DNA from: Octopus sinensis
Lineage: Eukaryota
Length of the DNA stretch: 12,186 nt
Direction of reading: 5' to 3'
NCBI RefSeq assembly: GCF_006345805.1
Contig: NW_021826693.1
Span: forward strand, 1-12,186
The translations under genes were made by a program, and so were the position numbers. Positions 9,102 through 12,186 of this stretch are shown in pieces. Numbering within the stretch: the first letter of the stretch is position 1; every line of letters starts with the position of its first letter. The notes beneath the pieces are model-generated. The model saw only the letters and a list, made by a program, of their open reading frames with translations. It had not been told where the DNA came from and ran no database searches.

Positions 9102-9380
9102 TATTGTTTTGAGCTGAGTGGGAGTGCTAGATTCCCTTGCTCGAAAATGTAAGGATACGGATCGTGCCGTGTGACCAGCTGGAGACAAGGTCTCCTGGGG
9201 CTAAATTACAGCAACATTCGTCCTAAACCAGGACTACCATGTTATGTTTGTAAACAATCTTTTCTCCTTTATTTTTATGGTTTTTGTAGTGTTGCAATCT
9301 GAGCAGCATCTCCTCTCCTTCTCTCCGCGACCAATTGAGGAGTCTAAGGGATATCACTCCTTTCGCACACAGTTCAACGA

Positions 9381-9590
9381 AAGGATGGGGAACAGACAGA
9401 ATCATGCAACATTATTCAAAAGGTTTCTCAGTTTTGTTTCGGTCCTTAACGTTATGAGTTCAAATCGTGCCGATGTCAGTTTTCCTTTCATATTTTTGCC
9501 TTTCATATTTAAGGAGTCATCTACTGAGGTCGACTTGATTGCTTAACCACTCATCTCAAATTCCTGATCCTGTGCTTATGTTGAAAACAA
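9381..9590 (+). mobile_element. Old decayed tRNA-derived SINE, same family as 11731-11888
   Basis: gttatgagttcaaatcgtgccgatgtcagttttccttt...tgaggtcgac...ctcaaattcctg aligns with the reverse complement of 11731-11888 (gttcaaattccgccgaggttgactttacctt...tggggtcgat...ctcaaaatttcagg). Confidence 0.65.
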
Positions 9591-9644
9591 GAACATTTCC
9601 AGTAGAATATTTGTAACTGATAACGCCGTTGATACGATTGTAAT

Positions 9645-9756
9645 TTATGTGTGTTGTATGTATGTGTTTGTATGTGTATGTGTGTATGTGTGTGTGTATA
9701 TATATATATATACATACACACACACACACACACACCACACACATATATATAAAGAG

Positions 9757-9845
<89 letters not shown>
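9645..9845. repeat. Compound (TG)n/(TA)n/(CA)n/(GA)n microsatellite
   Basis: Seen directly. Confidence 0.95.
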
Positions 9846-9846
<1 letters not shown>

Positions 9847-10246
9847 ACACAACAAGCAATTTTTATGCCATTTGTTCCCTGCGTATCTTATACCATCGTG
9901 GTTATTTGCATGTTCTGCAATGAATGTTCACTGCATCTTTGGATGCTGATCCACAAAGCTTCTCCAGGGTAGCTCTTTATTACATTATGTGGACACGGAT
10001 CAAGTGTATTCGATCTGTGTAAACAATCCCTATAGCTACACTATGAATACTCACTGCAAAGGTTGCAAATAACCACAATGGTGAAACCTACGTAGGGAAA
10101 AAATGATATAAACTTGTGTTTACCATAATTTCTCTTATATTTACTTTGTATATCATAACCTGTAATACTGCAAAGTACAGTAGTAAACACATCACTTTAG
10201 TGGAAGCCAACTGGATGGTGTGTCTATCTTTTTATCTATTTATCTA

Positions 10247-10575
<329 letters not shown>

Positions 10576-10784
10576 TCTGGACAGAATTGAAGAAATAATG
10601 TTAGAAAGCTGTTGTATTGGTTTTCTGGAGTGTTGCAGATGTATGTATATTTATTCGGAGATGTTTGTGCAAGTTGTGGTGAGAGGAGCTGTGTAGGATG
10701 GAACTTTCTGCAATAACAAACTGTAACACTCGCGTACCCAGGTGGTCTTTCATCTTTAGCGATTTTATTTCGTTATACATGTGA

Positions 10785-10787
<3 letters not shown>

Positions 10788-10831
<44 letters not shown>

Positions 10832-10872
10832 TGCGTGTGTGTGTGTGTGTTGTGTGTGTGTGTGTGTGTGTG
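10788..10872. repeat. (GT)n microsatellite
   Basis: Seen directly. Confidence 0.96.
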
Positions 10873-11335
10873 CAGCCTGTGATGATTTATAGGACGGCGT
10901 AATGTATTGTTTGTACTTGATATTGTTATTTCGCTATTTGCCAAAAGCAGTCTCTGCGAGTCTTCTAAGGATATTTGGGCACTGTTTTGCTTTTATCTTT
11001 TATTGTTTTTTCCTTGATCTGTGAGTGTTAATGGAAGGAGCCCGTGGAATCCTCAGAATTTTCTTCTTTTTTTTTGTATATGTGATAAATTAATGGTAGG
11101 TTTTTCCTGAATACAACATTAAATTGTATCCAGTAGTATCCAATATCCTGTTTCGGGAGGCCCAGGGTTTTGAACAGTATTGGACCCCATTTTAACCAAT
11201 ACTGTCCCCAGGCCTACTCTGATCCGGAGTAGAAATATGTGCCAGGATCCCAGCTATGGGTTACTAAGCATGTTACGCAATTGCTTTCAGTGGGTCACTC
11301 GCAGATACCGAAGCGGACCCAGGACAGATGCATAA

Positions 11336-11620
11336 TGAAGGCGTGTAGCTTAGTGGGGAGGGTGTTGCACTCACGACCCGAGATCGTGGTTTCAATGAGA
11401 GTATTAAGGGGTGTGTTGCTGTTCGATCATTTCGACATTTGATGTGTAACACGCTGGGCCCCTGTACAGGCGATGTTGTTCTGATGGAGGGTACGAGCTG
11501 ACGTACAGCACAAACATTTGATCGCAATAACCAAATCATCTGAGAAGCTTGTTCAGCAAGAAGTGGTGGAACATTCGTCTATCGCATACGACAGGACAGT
11601 CCACCTACAATATATTTATT
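11336..11620 (+). mobile_element. tRNA-headed SINE, second body type
   Basis: A-box tagcttagtgg (11345-11355) and a degenerate B-box ggtttcaatg (~11388-11397). The head matches that of the 8494 SINE. The body motif gtacagcacaaacatttgatc...aaccaaatcatctg is recalled as an octopus SINE body. The 3' end is approximate. Confidence 0.7.
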
Positions 11621-11730
11621 ATGTTGTGTTTGTATTAAGTATTCTGTGTATTATTTAATGTAGTCGCATTTGTGTATTTTGGGGATCTTTTGTAAATTCA
11701 TTGCAAAATTATGAATGTTAACGGAAGATA

Positions 11731-11888
11731 ATGGCCTGAAATTTTGAGGGGGAGAGGACTAGTCGAATACATCGACCCCAAAGGTAAAGTCAACCTCGGC
11801 GGAATTTGAACAAAAAACATGAAGACAGACGAAATAACGTTAAGCTTTTCACCCTGCGTGCTCACGGCTCTTCCAGTTCGCCGCCTTG
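11731..11888 (-). mobile_element. tRNA-derived SINE with an internal deletion
   Basis: The minus strand reads caaggcggcgaactgg...gttcaaattccgccgaggttgactttacctt|tggggtcgatgtattcgactag...caaaatttcaggcc. It has a B-box-like gttcaaattcc and resembles an abundant Octopus SINE (from memory). Confidence 0.8.
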
Positions 11889-11969
11889 ATAATAAACAAT
11901 AATAGCCCGTTTGATTCCAGGATCGTAAAGAAAGAGGAAGAAAAACAAAGAAAACACAATCCCTTAAAA

Positions 11970-12186
11970 GGAGATCAACATATTATCATGAACGAAAGAA
12001 AAAAGGTTGTTAAATTTCGAGACCTGAGAATGAAGATCACCCAATAGTGGCAGCTGTTAGAGTCAAACATAAGGGCTGTTCTTGTTATTATCGGAGTGTT
12101 GGGTTCAATAGCACTCAACCTGAAGTAAGATCTGGGAACTTTAGAAATACACTGCAATCTTGGTGTTTTGCAAAAGTCGGCTTTGC
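11970..12186 (+). pseudogene. C-terminal restriction-like endonuclease fragment of an R4/Dong-type non-LTR retrotransposon
   Basis: The frame from 11970 reads GDQHIIMNERKKVVKFRDLRMKITQ*WQLLESNIRAVLVIIGVLGSIALNLK*DLGTLEIHCNLGVLQKSAL. This fits the pattern P-D...KE-EK--KY-DL--EI---W...V-PV-IG-LG...LQK-AL. Stops lie at 12045-12047 and 12126-12128, and the fragment runs off the window edge. Confidence 0.8.

Larger units (their letters stand above)
8840..9267. repeat. ~428-bp zero-spacer inverted repeat (palindromic element)
   Basis: The left arm 8840-9052 is the reverse complement of the right arm 9053-9267 at roughly 85% identity by hand alignment. The centre GAATAATTATTC (9047-9058) is a perfect palindrome. 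Confidence 0.97.

Noticed and set aside
8949-9188. Mirror ORFs on both strands of the palindrome
   Set aside because: They are a product of the inverted repeat; stops and indels differ between the arms, so coding is not conserved.
11255-11275. ggttactaagc resembles the twister L4 motif GGUUACAAGC
   Set aside because: The flanking P4 stem and the downstream pseudoknot partners are missing.

Overview
AT-rich, microsatellite-dense animal non-coding DNA (intergenic or intronic). The SINE types and repeat style suggest Octopus or another cephalopod; this is an inference from recalled repeat consensus, not a database hit. I can support no intact host gene, and nearly all ORFs in the track are simple-repeat or antisense artefacts. 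Main contents: (1) a decayed, near-full-length Penelope-like retroelement on the minus strand (~4281-7589), with RT, a Cys-rich linker and a C-terminal GIY-YIG endonuclease (Neptune-type), followed by two diverged tandem copies of its 3' region; (2) four tRNA-headed SINE copies plus one SINE 3' fragment, with one copy keeping an ~18-bp target-site duplication; (3) a fragment of an R4/Dong-type restriction-like endonuclease ORF at the right edge. The most unusual feature is a ~428-bp zero-spacer palindrome (8840-9267). Each arm begins, just beside the symmetry axis, with a minimal type-I hammerhead ribozyme motif whose stem III is the palindrome ATCGCGAT (dimer-type). The + strand copy has an intact catalytic core and the - strand copy is decayed.
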